A DNA stretch of 61,315 nt, counting the filler. It is 6 parts of 6 records of this genome, joined end to end, with 100 filler letters (N's around TTAATTAATTAA, not from the genome) between each part and the next. Parts side by side here need not be neighbours in the genome. Positions count along the whole stretch, not along the records: positions 31,623 to 39,945 come from SRR7504441_888; positions 40,046 to 46,710 come from SRR7504441_892; 4 more parts are not named here. The stretch is one strand, 5' to 3'. Shown piece by piece: positions 34,269-45,900 of this stretch. A program made the translations under genes and the position numbers. Position 1 is the first letter of the stretch; each line of letters begins with the position of its first letter. The notes under the pieces are model-generated. The model worked only from the letters and a program-made list of their open reading frames with translations. It was not told the DNA's origin and did not search any database.

Positions 34269-36050
34269 CTAGGAACTTGTCGCACGCCGCACCAACTCGA
34301 CCGCGTCATCGGCACAACCCCACGCCAGAATCACGCCCACATCGCCGTGGCCATAGTTGTGAACAACTGGCGGCCCGCTCGCGAGCTCCTCGAGCTCCAC
34401 TCTCGCGCCCGCCACTCTGAAAGGCCGGAACCCTACCCTTTCACTGACTAGGCTGCACTCACGCAACGCTGGGCACCACGCAGCTACTTGCCGGAGGAGC
34501 CTTTTGCTGAGCTCAGGATCAGCTAGCTCCCGGCTGTCGTCCGGATACTTGCAGCCACCGACAATGCAGGTCCCGTTGCCCTGTGGGATGGCATGTATCG
34601 GGTGCTGCTTGTCCCCCGTCATCAGGCTAAAGAAGCAGGTCTGCTCCGGCGCGTGCACCAACACCGTCTGGCCGCGCACGGGAATCATAGTCTCGTCCCC
34701 GACTAGCTCGCGGCAGCCCAGCCCAGCACAGTTCACAATTGCCGCCACCGGCTGTCGCGATGGCACGAGCGCGGCTTCCGCGAGGGAGCTCACCGCTCGA
34801 GTGATGAGCGAAGCGCCCCCCTGCTGCAGCCGCTGTCGCAGGCAGGCCAGGTACGCGTGCATGTCAGTGCACAGTGTCCGGAACGCCACGCCACCCGCCA
34901 GATCGGCGCCAACATCGCGGACCCCTGCTGGAACATCGACCGCATCCCACGCGCCATCGCCTGCCCGCAACTCACGGAAGCTCGGCACGAACTGCGCGAG
35001 CGAGGTCTCGCCGCTTACAATCGGTTCCATCCCGTGGGGCGCCCCCTCGCTTGTGTAGAGTCTGACGCCCTCCCGCAGCTGGGTGAAGCCCGCCCCGCCC
35101 TCCGCGTCTTCCAGCATCACTGCGAAACTGCGGTGCGCCCAGCGCTTATAGAGCGGGCCCGTAAAGCCTGCCGCCTCCGAGCCGTACCCTCGGCCATAAG
35201 TCGGATCCGGGATAAACCAGCTCGCAGCGCTATGCGAACAAGTGTGATCAAAACTCTCAGCCAGGACTGTGACACTTGCCCCTGCCTCCTGCAGCCGTAA
35301 CGCCGTGCTGAGCCCGATGATCCCGCCGCCGACCACCACTATCTCGCCGGCACCGGCCAAAGAGGGAGGCGCCGGTGGCCTCGGCACAATGTGGTTTGCG
35401 AGCTCAACCAATGCATCAATCGGATCCAGCAGCACAGCACCGGACGGGCACCACCCCGGCGGCAGCAGCTGCGGAAAGTCTGTGCAGCCCAGCACCAGCG
35501 CCTCCGCGCCGCGAGCCACCAGACCCTCCAGGATCTCCACCAGTCGCGGCTGCGGCTGCGCCACGATAATGCCCTTGCAGTGCTCAATCATGCGCTGCAG
35601 CTCGTCCTGTTCCGACGGCACGGGCACAACCAGCTCCCAGCGGTCGCTAGCGTACAGCCCGGATCTGGTGCTCATGCTTGTCGCGACCAGCCCGACCTTG
35701 CTGAAGCTCTCCAGCTTGAGCCGCGTGGCGCCTACCATGTCTAGCATTGTCAGCCCGGTTTGCGCTTCGAAGCGCGGCCGCAGAAGGTGCATAGTGTTGC
35801 ACGCGATCATCGCCGTTGTGCAGCCGAGCTGCCGGGCCTGTCGCCCGAGCCGCACAAGCTCCGCCAGGTTTTGGTCCGCCGCCTCGGGTGAGGACGAGTA
35901 AACCGCCAGTCCTGGCGTCGAGAGCTGCACCAGCGGGCGGCGGGGATAGCGCACGCTGAAGCGTGTATAGACGTCAATTGCCACGCGCCCCCAGTTGCCG
36001 CTCAGGTGGCACAGAGCCGCCTCCTCGGCCGAGTCTACCCCCGCGGGCAT
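34269..36050 (-). CDS. Fusion of Asp/Glu amino-acid racemase and FAD-dependent D-amino-acid oxidase, 593 aa, intronless
   Basis: Racemase catalytic-Cys motifs IACNTMH and LGCTDFP; Pro-rich linker PRPPAPP; DAO motifs VVVGGGIIG, IVNCAGLG, PVRGQ, GFRP and HNYGHGDVGVILAWGCA, all in one open frame. Confidence 0.88.
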   Translation of the reverse strand: MPAGVDSAEEAALCHLSGNWGRVAIDVYTRFSVRYPRRPLVQLSTPGLAVYSSSPEAADQNLAELVRLGRQARQLGCTTAMIACNTMHLLRPRFEAQTGLTMLDMVGATRLKLESFSKVGLVATSMSTRSGLYASDRWELVVPVPSEQDELQRMIEHCKGIIVAQPQPRLVEILEGLVARGAEALVLGCTDFPQLLPPGWCPSGAVLLDPIDALVELANHIVPRPPAPPSLAGAGEIVVVGGGIIGLSTALRLQEAGASVTVLAESFDHTCSHSAASWFIPDPTYGRGYGSEAAGFTGPLYKRWAHRSFAVMLEDAEGGAGFTQLREGVRLYTSEGAPHGMEPIVSGETSLAQFVPSFRELRAGDGAWDAVDVPAGVRDVGADLAGGVAFRTLCTDMHAYLACLRQRLQQGGASLITRAVSSLAEAALVPSRQPVAAIVNCAGLGCRELVGDETMIPVRGQTVLVHAPEQTCFFSLMTGDKQHPIHAIPQGNGTCIVGGCKYPDDSRELADPELSKRLLRQVAAWCPALRECSLVSERVGFRPFRVAGARVELEELASGPPVVHNYGHGDVGVILAWGCADDAVELVRRATSS

Positions 36051-36186
36051 TGTCGATTTGGCAGATTTATCCGTTAGACTTCTCCATGTGCGGAGTCCAA
36101 GGCGCTTGGAGAGGTGCTCCTGGCTGGTGCAAAGGGCGCCCGATGGGCTGCTGGCCGCTTCTGGCCACCTACAGACCCATAATAAG

Positions 36187-39100
36187 ATGAGGCGGAGCGG
36201 TGGGCTCAGCGACGAGTCCGCCCCCAGCACCCCGGGCGGTGCGCTGGCGACCCCAGGCTCGCGCAGGTCTGGCGGCGGCCCGCGCCGACCCAGGCTTAAG
36301 AGCGGGCTGCGCGAGGGCAGCGGGTCCCCGGGTGAGTCGCCGTCGATCTCACCGTCGGTGTCACCAGCGGATGGACCGGCGGGCTGGGCGGGTCGGGTGC
36401 TGGAGGACGACACCACTCCGCGCTCTCGCAAGATAGCGGCCGCAGGGCAGGAGTGGGAGGTTAGCGACATGGCCGAGAGCGACATCTTGTCCTTTCTGGA
36501 TGAGGTGCACATGGAGCACGAGCTGGCCACCGCCGTGGGCGCTGGGCAGGCCATGGAGCAGATATCGGTGCGCCCCCACCCCTGGCAGTTGCCAGCCCGA
36601 GGCAGGAACTGGTGCCATCGCCCAGCCGAGTGGGCGGGCTGGGCAAGCCCGCATCCGATCAGCGCCGGCGCGTCCAGCAGCTGGAGTCAGAAGCTCGTCG
36701 GATGCGGGCATCCCACAACGAGGTGCGCCGCCCGAGCCCTGTTGGGGACCCTGGGCCAGGCCACATCGGAATTCCGGCACGGACAGCGAAAGAGCGGGCT
36801 GCGCGAGATGAAGGCGGTGCTGCAGCGCTGGTTGGCCTTCGCGCAAGTCCGGGTGCTGGCTCAGTGGCGGCTGAACATGGTTGTTTGATTGTGAGAAGTG
36901 CTAAGCAATGGGCTGCAGGTGCAAGTGAGGGTTACCACACTGCCCGACCCGGAATTGAGCCGGTCGCTGGCAATGCAGCGCGAGCTGCTCGCCCGGATAC
37001 GTGACTGCGGGCTGCAGATAATGCTGCTGGTGATGGCGCGTTGGCAGGGGCACCAGCTCCGCCAGGCTCTGCTCTCTTGGAGGTCCAAGCAGAGCTGGGC
37101 AAAGCTAACCGCAGAGGCGATCCGACTGCCCGGTCAGACCGCGGTTCAGCAGTTGCGCGCCGCCAAGCACGACTGGCTCGATTCGCCGGGGGTCTCTCCA
37201 AGCACTCCGCTTGCAATAAGCCAGTCAATTGCCTGGAGGCACCAGGCTTGCGCTGCGTTAGCAAAGGTACTCACTGCGGGTCGGGCTGTATCCCAGCTCG
37301 GCAGCGCTCTGGGTCGGGTCCAACCGGCAGCTACTCGCCGTTGGCTGGCCGCAGCGAGTCGGCACATGGCTGCAGACCGGCTGCGTGCCTCGGACCAGGC
37401 ACGGATGGCGGCCTCAGATCAGGCCAACACAAGCCAGACCACCATACAGGAGCTTCAAGAGGCCAACAAGAAGCTTCAAGCTCGGTTGTGCGAGCATCGG
37501 TCCGATGCTGGGCGGCGGGCGCTCGTCCAGCTGATGAGTGGCTGGGCCGCTGGGCGGCTTCATCGGGCTGTAGCAAGTTGGCTGGCAGGCAGCCGACAAC
37601 CAGAGCGGCTAGAGGCGGAGCTGTCAGAGCAAGCCAAGAGGCTGGCGGCTGTGGAGTCCGAGCTAGGCTGCGCGGCCGAGTTGCTTGAGGATGCGCACAG
37701 CCGACAACAGGCCGAGCAGGAGCTGCTAAGCGCACTGGCCCGCCAAGCACTCTGGCAGGACGGACTGCAGGCGCGGCATGAGCAGATGGATCAACTGGCG
37801 CTGTCGGAGAGAGTGGCGCTGGCGGCGCTGCTTCAGACGCAGGAGACAATGCACTGGCTTCAGACAGGGATTGAACTGCTGCCGGCGCCAGAAGATTGCG
37901 GTTCATTGTCCGACAGTCTGACCCAGCTCACTGCGGTAGCGGAGCGGCTCAGCCAGAGCGCAGCCGAGTGCGTTTCCGGGCCCAAAGCACAGGCTACACA
38001 GCGACTGATCGAGCTGGTGGAGGCGGCTTCAGAGGTGCTGCGAGTGGGGGGGCTAGACTGATTTTTGGGGGGGCAGACTGTGGACACAGAGCCTGTGAAA
38101 GGATTTGTAGCAGAGCTGCCGGGGCTAGAGAAGAGCCTAGCCAGGCTGCTCACCCGCCTGGCAGAGTGGTCTAGCCGGCTGGCGCATAGTGCGATCGATT
38201 CGGGTGACCAGACTCCTAAAGAGCTGGTGCTATGCCAACTGGTGCAAGCGGCCCGGAGAGTGCACAGCCAGCTGCCAGAACTCAAGCTAACCGAGCATGG
38301 AGCAGAGCTAAGCTCAAAAAAGCAGTTGGCCACTGAGCTGCCTGAACCAGCGGACGAAGCCGCAGCGGTGATAGCGCTGACAAACGAGCTTGGTTTGGCT
38401 GAACGCAATGCCGAGCTGTTGGCTGAGGCAGCAGGCCATCTGGCTACTCGAAATGCAGAGCTGAGGGATCAGCTATCAGTTGTCCAGGCTGCTGCTGAGG
38501 AGGAGGCAGCCAGGAAGGCTGCTGTGGAGGAGGAGGCAGCAAGGAAGGCTGCTGTGGACGAGGCTGCCAGGAAGGCTCATTTCAAAGATATGCTTGTGTT
38601 TGCGACTGATGAAGCAGCAGAGCTGGCTGCAGCAGACGCAGAGGCGTCAGCCGAGGCAGAAGTAGCCAAGCGCACAAGAGAAATAGCGGTGGCGACTGAT
38701 GAGGCCTCTGACACAAGCAGGTCTAGGGAGCAGTGCGAGTCAGGCAATCGATTGAAAGAGAGCGAGCGGTTATTGCAGCTTGAGGGCAGGCTAAGGGACA
38801 GTGAGGTCGAGCTAGAGCAGGCCAGCCAACAGCTAGAGGGGGCGAGGCAGCGTCTAGAGGAGGCTTCCGTGGCATGTGAGGCTGAGATGGCAGCGGTGCG
38901 ATCTCAGCATCAGGCTAAGGTGGCAACGCTGGAGGGAGCGCTACAGAAGGTTGAGGGTCAGCTGGCTAAGGGAGCAGCAAAACAGGAGCAAGTGGCTCAG
39001 GAGCATTGCAAGGCCATCTCTGACCTGAAGGCAACTTTGGAAGCTGCAAAGCGGGAGGCAGCGGATGCCAAAGCTGAGTTGAAGGATCTCGGGGCAGGGC

Positions 39101-39945
39101 ATGTGTCTGACATTGAAGCAGCCTCAACTAAGGTGGCAAAGCTGGAGGGAATGCTGGCAGACCTGCGCTTAAAGGATGCTGCCAAGGACGCTCAACTGGC
39201 AGCCTATAGAGAGGGTGCTTCAGGGAACTCAGCAGCTGTTGATGATCTGGAGAGGAAGGTATCAGGACTGGAGCGACAGTTGGCTGATAGCCAAGCAGAG
39301 GAAGCTCGGTGCAAGGCAGAGTTGGTACAGACAAGGCAGGAAGGGACTGAGACGGTGCAGGGAACTCAGAGGGATGCTGTGGATCGTCCAGCAGAGGGCG
39401 TGGTTGCTCTGGACCAGGAGGTGGTGGTGCTGCAGGCGAGGCTGGATAAGTGCCAACGTCATGGGACGAGCCTGGAGCAGGAGCACCGAGAGCAAATCGA
39501 CATCCTCAAGCGTCAACATTCCACCACCATTGGTGAGCTGCACGGCGAAGTTGCCCAGTTGCAAGCAGACAAGAAGCTGCTACAGGAAGAAATCAGTGCA
39601 CTGGGCCAGCAGTCGGCGTGCGAATTGGGGCAGTTGCGGGTCGAGCTGGCGGAGCGACTTGAGCAGAGCGAAAAGGAGATGGCTGATCACGCCACAGAGA
39701 TGGACGCTGTGCTCACTAGACTGGCAGAGCAGCAGTCTGCCAGCCAGCAAGAGGCTGGTCGATTTGCAGAGCAAGTTGCACAGCTCAGATCGGAGCTCGC
39801 GGCCCAGCTCGAGCCCGCAGCCCAAAGCCCAGAACCTAAACCACGTAGTGTCAAGCTGGTGCGGCTTGGGTCGCCGCAGCGGGCGCATCCACGACGGCAC
39901 TCACTTCCGAGTCTAGACTGGGCGGGCGAGCCGGATGGGCCGGTG
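36187..39945 (+). CDS. Large multi-exon coiled-coil protein with Trp-spaced helical repeats, 3' partial
   Basis: GT-AG introns (e.g. ~36568-36606); repeats like VLQRWLAFAQVRVLAQWR and VMARWQGHQLRQALLSWR; AAEEEAARK tandem; long heptads; runs into the linker. Confidence 0.65.
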
Positions 39946-40045
39946 NNNNNNNNNNNNNNNNNNNNNNNNNNNNNNNNNNNNNNNNNNNNTTAATTAATTA
40001 ANNNNNNNNNNNNNNNNNNNNNNNNNNNNNNNNNNNNNNNNNNNN
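39946..40045. other. Artificial contig-joining linker
   Basis: N-TTAATTAATTAA-N, 100 nt. Confidence 0.98.
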
Positions 40046-40194
40046 TAAAATGCTTCTTCACGTAGACGGCAATCCAGCACACCATTGATAATTATGAATG
40101 CCCTATGAAGACTTTGTACTCGTAGCTATAGGCATGCGTTCAAGTGCTCTACTAAGATGAATACTGATTATTTTTAGTTCTAAGTTAGTCTCTT

Positions 40195-42646
40195 TTAGGC
40201 CCCGGGATGCCGACTCCTGGGATGGCCGCACACACACTCGTCTTCACCATCGGCATACGGGAACTCCTCATAACACGTGCACTCGCACCCCACCACCCGG
40301 CACCGGCTACTGAAAAACATTTCCGCTGCCGGCGCGCTGACCACCCCGCACACGAGTTCCTCAGGTTCTTCTGGCGCCTGGGCCTTGTCTGCTCCTGTAT
40401 TTGTAGGCTGCACGTCGCCGCGGGGCTCCGGTTTGGGTACACCATCTGGACAGGGCTTGCGAGGCTTTGGGTCGGCCCTTTTAATCGAAGGGATCTGCTG
40501 CAAATAGCTCCCATCGACTCGCAACGCAGTTGATGCCCTAGCCGCCACCTATAGTCCTGTCAGCAATGCCAACCACGCTCATACCGATAGCGGCTGTTTG
40601 GTCATCTGAAAACTTTCGGCAGAGGCAAGCCGCTCGCACTGAAGCCACGGCATGTGCTTTGCTGTCAGCTCCAGAGCAGAACCGACACACACCACTACTG
40701 CACCGCTCCAATAGGCCTCAAGCACATCTGCCGGCCCACTAGCCAACACCAAAGATAGCGGGTTTGTCACCGGACATGAGCACATCAGCCCCACTGATCG
40801 TCCCCGATAACACAATCAAGTCTGCAGTCTGGACCAGCAACGCCTCCTCCTCCAGCCAGTGCCCCTCCCAGTCCGCCTGACCTCAGACTGAGCCCTCGCC
40901 ACCATGTCACGGCCACCGCACGCAGCCACCGCTTTGAGTGGGCAAGCCCGTGCAGCCCGTCGCTGACTGCATCAGCCACGCAGCGCGTCGCCTTCCCATC
41001 AGATATTGTCACCAGCCTCAGCTCCTCAGGCAGTCCCTCACCTGCCACACAGCTCAATGAACAGCCCAGCCGGTGGGCCACCCTGGAGCCCACGCCGACG
41101 CGCCATACTCGCAAGGCATATCGAGTCAAGCTGGGCCGACAGCGTGCCCGTCGCCACCTCGCAGCTGCCAACCCGTCAGACCAAGCCCGTCACACAAATC
41201 ACCCAACAAACACCACGGGCGCCACCGCCGCCAAGCACTGGACCGGGCAAGGCTCGCAGTTATGGAAGAGCCGGAGCACAAGAAAGCCCCGCTCGGGATC
41301 GGCGCAGTCCTCGCAGGGAAGCCCGAGCCCCGGGATGGGTTGCTCAAAGCTGTCGCGCTCGAGTGCTGGGCCGATCGCGAGTGCGTACACCACAGCGGGC
41401 GGTCTGTCGCCCGGCATGGGCAGCACCTGGAGCATGGTCAGAGCGAGCGTCGGGTGGCAGTTACCTCTATCAGAATCCGGTCCGATCCGCTCAGCCGTGG
41501 GTTGGAGGGCGACCCGACGTCCACGAGCAGGTTGTGATCCATCGCGAAGAAGGTGTGGTGAGGCGTGAGCTTGACCACGCAGACCAGGTCGCCCGGGATC
41601 ATATTCTCGCCCTCGTCCGCCTCCCCAGGAAACACCCGCCTGCCCGGGCTGGCCGGCAGCGGCAGCGGCCCGCACCTGGAGCCAGGGACGTCGCCTCTGT
41701 ACACCTCGACTTTAAACTTTCTCACGTGCCCTTTCAGCCCGCCGGGACCCCACACTTTACGCTCGTGGTCGAGTGATATGGAGGTACCAGTCTCCAGCTG
41801 GTCAATGGTCACCTGCACGCCGGTGGATCCAACTATCTGCCTCGATGCTTTGCACCTCCACGTCCAGCACCACATTCGCCCCCCGCCGAGGTCCGTCGGA
41901 CCTGCAGCTCGCTTTCAGCCCCAGCCAGCCCGGCCGCCACTTGTTGGTGTCTGGCACCCCAGCCGGCTGTGACTTCTTGCCCCACTCGGCCGAACTCTTC
42001 TTGGCGTTCATTCTGTCCCGATCATACTGCCGCCGGGTTGGATTGTCTGACAAAATCTCATGCGCGAGCGAGATTTCCTTAAACATCTTCTCATACACCT
42101 GCCAGCTCTGCTCGCCCGCGCTCGCCCACACACGCCGCGCCTGCTTCTCGCCCTCGCTCTTGTTGTGCAGCCTGTCCGGATGGTAGAGAAGCGCTCTCTT
42201 CTTGAACGCCCGGCGTATCTCGGTCTCCGACGCGTATTGATCCACGCTGAGCAGCTTGTAGTAGTCCACCTGCCCGGGCTCCGCACCCCGCCCGCTGAGC
42301 CGCCCGCCTTGCTGTCGTACTCGCGGACTGGTGGCCGGTCAAAGTCTTCCTCGCTCGGTTGGTAGGTCGGATCCCGCTCGCGGCGGCGGCGCTCATGCTC
42401 GTCCTGCCGGTCGGCCTTCTCGAGCTGGTGCTGCTGGATCCAATCCATCATCTTCTGCATGAACTCGTTCGACACTTGCGGCGCCTGCCCAGTCCGTCTG
42501 ATATGCTCCTCCCGCGCCCGTCGTCCGTCCTCCCGCGCCCGCTCGAGGGCTTTGTTCTGCGGGAGGGCCAGGCAGCCCGGATCGAACACCTGGCAGCAAC
42601 TGGTCAGCCGGTGTCAGCTGGGCCGTGCCTCCAGCATCCGCGACAT
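40195..42646 (-). CDS. J-domain protein with DnaJ C-terminal-like domain and C-terminal Cys/His cluster, multi-exon
   Basis: DYYKLL...RRAFKKRALLYHPDR...FKEISLAHEILSD...RRQYD; FPGEADE...PGDLVCVV...PHHTF; C-terminal CRVVGCECTCY...CVCGHPRSRH; GC-AG introns 42590-42628, 42270-42307 and 42099-42140. Confidence 0.75.
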
Positions 42647-42709
42647 GACGCTTTTGTGGTCAAGGTACCCTGGTGCGGTCACTGCGCATTGCCGTGCTGG
42701 CCGTTAACT

Positions 42710-42800
42710 CTCTAGAGTAGACTCTAGATCTACCAGGTACAGCTGTAGTCTACCCAAGTATTTAAAGTAGACTCTAAAGTAGACTCTACCCAAGTACAGG
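42710..42800. repeat. Degenerate tandem low-complexity repeat (AGTAGACTCTA / TCTACCCAAGTA units)
   Basis: AGTAGACTCTA occurs three times and TCTACCCAAGTA twice within ~90 nt. Confidence 0.7.
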
Positions 42801-42978
42801 TGCTAAATACCATAGATTGCCAATTTTGCTGCATGTTTTGGTGGCCTAGCCCACAAAGTAGATCTAAGGCTCACATAACCCATCTAACTAGGTCTATGTG
42901 CAATTTTAAAGATTCTAATCGGTACTGGGACTAACTAATAACTTATTATAAAGCGGATTGAATTGAAGCTATTGATTG

Positions 42979-45900
42979 TCAAAGAACGAGGACGTTGTCC
43001 TTCTTCCCGCGCTCGGTGCAATTACTCGCCGGTTTGCCTGCTCCGGGCTCTACAGGTGACGTGACTGTTGAAGGGTCAATCTTTCCTGGTTCAAATGGAT
43101 GATAAACAATAGCACTACCGTTGATGATTTCTTGTGCAACCGCTCCAAGCTCGCGTTGCAGTTTCTCTTGTTGAGCCGGTAGCAAAATTCTTGCAAACGG
43201 CTCGAAGGCAAGCTTGACCTCGCCGACAATTGTTTGACGCTCTGCCTCCACTTGCCCAAATACGTCTATACTTGGGCTCGAACGCAGTGTTGCCACCTGC
43301 TCGGGCCTCCAACAACTGCCTCTGCCGCATTAGCTCAAAGCTCGCAGTAAGAGCAAGCCTGTAGCGTGCCCGCTTCTTAGCTAGCAAAGCCTCTTTGTGT
43401 TCATGGTACGCCATCTCGAACAATGCGAGTAGCATTGACATCAGAAAAAATGTGCCAAGACAATACGCTTAACACTAGACATAGTGTGCCTTGTCATTCT
43501 AACCAGCTATTCCTTGGTGCTGGCTTTCCATGAATTTCAGTGTGTACTTGAGGCTTGGCTGCGCCGTGCAACCTGGATTGAGCTCAGTGCTACAACTTGC
43601 ATGTAAGGACGTGCTGGTTGACGAACACAACTGCTGTCAAGCCAAACAAAATTGCGGCAAACGACGTACCCATTTCAGAGTCATAATCTTTGAAGAAACT
43701 TTGCCTCTCAACAGCGCATAGCTGAGTCCAATTTTGTAGCTTCTGGGGGAGGCACTGGTATGCTTCTCCATACTTCCACGTGCTGTTCCAGTATGCAAAA
43801 TTGGCGCTCGTCTCCAGAACATACCCCACCAAGTCACTCACGTTCTGCCCATGAGTGTAGCCAGGGCCATATGTGTTCCACAGATCCCACCCAAACACCG
43901 GGATGTTACCAGACTCGTTTGCGAAGTAGAAGGTCTGTGATACGAAGATTCTAATTGAGTGGCCACCGCTTCCTGGCTGTGTGTTCATCTGATTACTTGC
44001 CATAAGCACCTCACCCTCATGTTCAACCACACTATACTCAGTGAGCTTCGGTATGGCATTGATGGCATATCTGTTGACTGCATATTGCGAGCTGTCATCA
44101 AAGTTCACATCGACAGCAATCACCCCTGCCACTTCCGAGCTGTCCTTTCTCCCGATAAAGGGCTGCGTAAATGAGATCATCAGCTGGTCTCGACTAGATG
44201 TGGATCCATTTGAAGCTGTGTGTGTCCATTCCAATTCGACTGGCAGATACACATTCGACAAGCAAGTTTTGTTGTAACGCCGCTGGCCATTTTTTGTTGT
44301 GAGCATCCCACACTGTGTGCCAGCAGAATACCAGACCTGCCAGACAAAAGGTTCAGCCTGAGGCGGCAAGCTTGGCGATTACCTGGGTAAAGCTCGAGTA
44401 ACTGTCTTCTGACACGGAAACCTGCTTGGAGTAGTCTGGCAGCAAGTTGCCAGCCGCATCCAGGGTGGTATTAAATTTATACAGATAACTGTTGCCTCGC
44501 CGGCGCCGACGGGTCGTAATTCCAGCTGGATCTGTCGCTCGGATGAAGAAGGTGATGTATTCCTGGTCAGTACAAGCGCCAGTTCGTCGGCATTCGTACT
44601 GAAAGCCCGACACATCACCATTGGAGTATCCAATCTTAACTGCAACCGCGGATGCTGAGATGGTCTGAAGTAAAGCCGACATGTGTGCCTGCAGGTGTCA
44701 GCTTAGGGGTGGCCAGAAAAGTTCTTTACGGCACCTGGATCTGTTGGTTGGCCGCTTGGTAGGTATTTCCAAGGATGCCGATAGTCCACTGACTGCCCGC
44801 CTGTCCCTGGCCGGTCAGAGGCAGGGCCAGGATGTAGCTGACCACGTCCAGATCGAGGGACCCAAATTGGTAGCACACTGAAGTCATGTAAGTGGCCCAG
44901 ATATTGTTATTCCACAGCACGGCGGCGTATTGCTGTATATCAGCCGCTTGATTGGATAGTGCATCGTCAATCACAGAATCAGTGTGGAACTTGATTGTGA
45001 CAATCCAGAGAAAGTAAAGCCCAACAATGATACAAGCAACCCCAATGAAGGCGCCAGGAGAAGGAACCTGCCGCTTATACGCCGCCCAGGCCATCCACAG
45101 CACTAGAGCCACCATAACCCCAGCCAGTCCAGCAGTCAGTCCAAAGAGCCACCATGCGTGATCATAGTACGGTGCGTTGTGATAAGTAACCACTATTTGC
45201 CACCCAATATCCTCATCTTCTAGCTGGAGTCGTTCGTCTGAGAACTTCTCGGTGCCAATAAGTGGTTCCCCAGTGAAGATATCCCCGGCTAGCAAGAGCC
45301 GCTCGTCAGTCAGGCTGCGCAAGGTCTTTCCGTCAGCATACTTATCTAGCAGCCAATGGTACGCAGCCCTGATGTCAGCGTTCTCAGACTGAGCAGGAGT
45401 TATTGGCCGTGGCGGGCTGCCGGTAGCAATTCCTCCAGAACTTGCGGCAATCATCAAATCGGGTGGCGTGCCACCCTTCACCATGATGAATGCCTCGCCC
45501 TCAGTGATCTCACGCAGGTCATTCCCAAGTCGATGGAGCCACTGGTCTGCAAAGAAGATGCCCAGAGACTGGTTGCTGTCTGGTGGTGCGGCTGTCAGCG
45601 GAGAAATGAAATCAATGATCAGCAGTCCGGCAATTACAGACGACTCGTACGGAGGTGTCCAGAAGCGTTCTTGCTTTCCGCGAGCATAAGAGGGGTAAGT
45701 AGTGACGTCGTACGGGGGCAGCTGGCGAACCAAGGTGGTGTTATCCACGCAGTCGGTTCTATTGATCAGATATTCGTTGGGCTCGGTGCCGAGTCCGAGG
45801 GTGTTCTGCTTATCCACAACAACCACCTCAAATTCTGACAGGGTAAAGTTCCAGTACACCCAATACATGCTCCCGTCCTCCAGCCCCACTCCAAACCCGA

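Noticed and set aside
31623-36050. Bacterial contaminant contig
   Set aside because: Not operon-like, has AT-rich eukaryote-style spacers and is contiguous with an intron-containing gene; read-level confirmation is still advisable
36051-36554. 168-aa N-terminal extension of the racemase-oxidase ORF
   Set aside because: It overlaps the first exon of the divergent gene at 36187 and is low-complexity; ATG 36050 immediately precedes the racemase domain
38487-38580. Tandem 27-30 nt repeat as a CRISPR-like array
   Set aside because: In-frame coding repeat (AAEEEAARK) with no unique spacers and no cas genes
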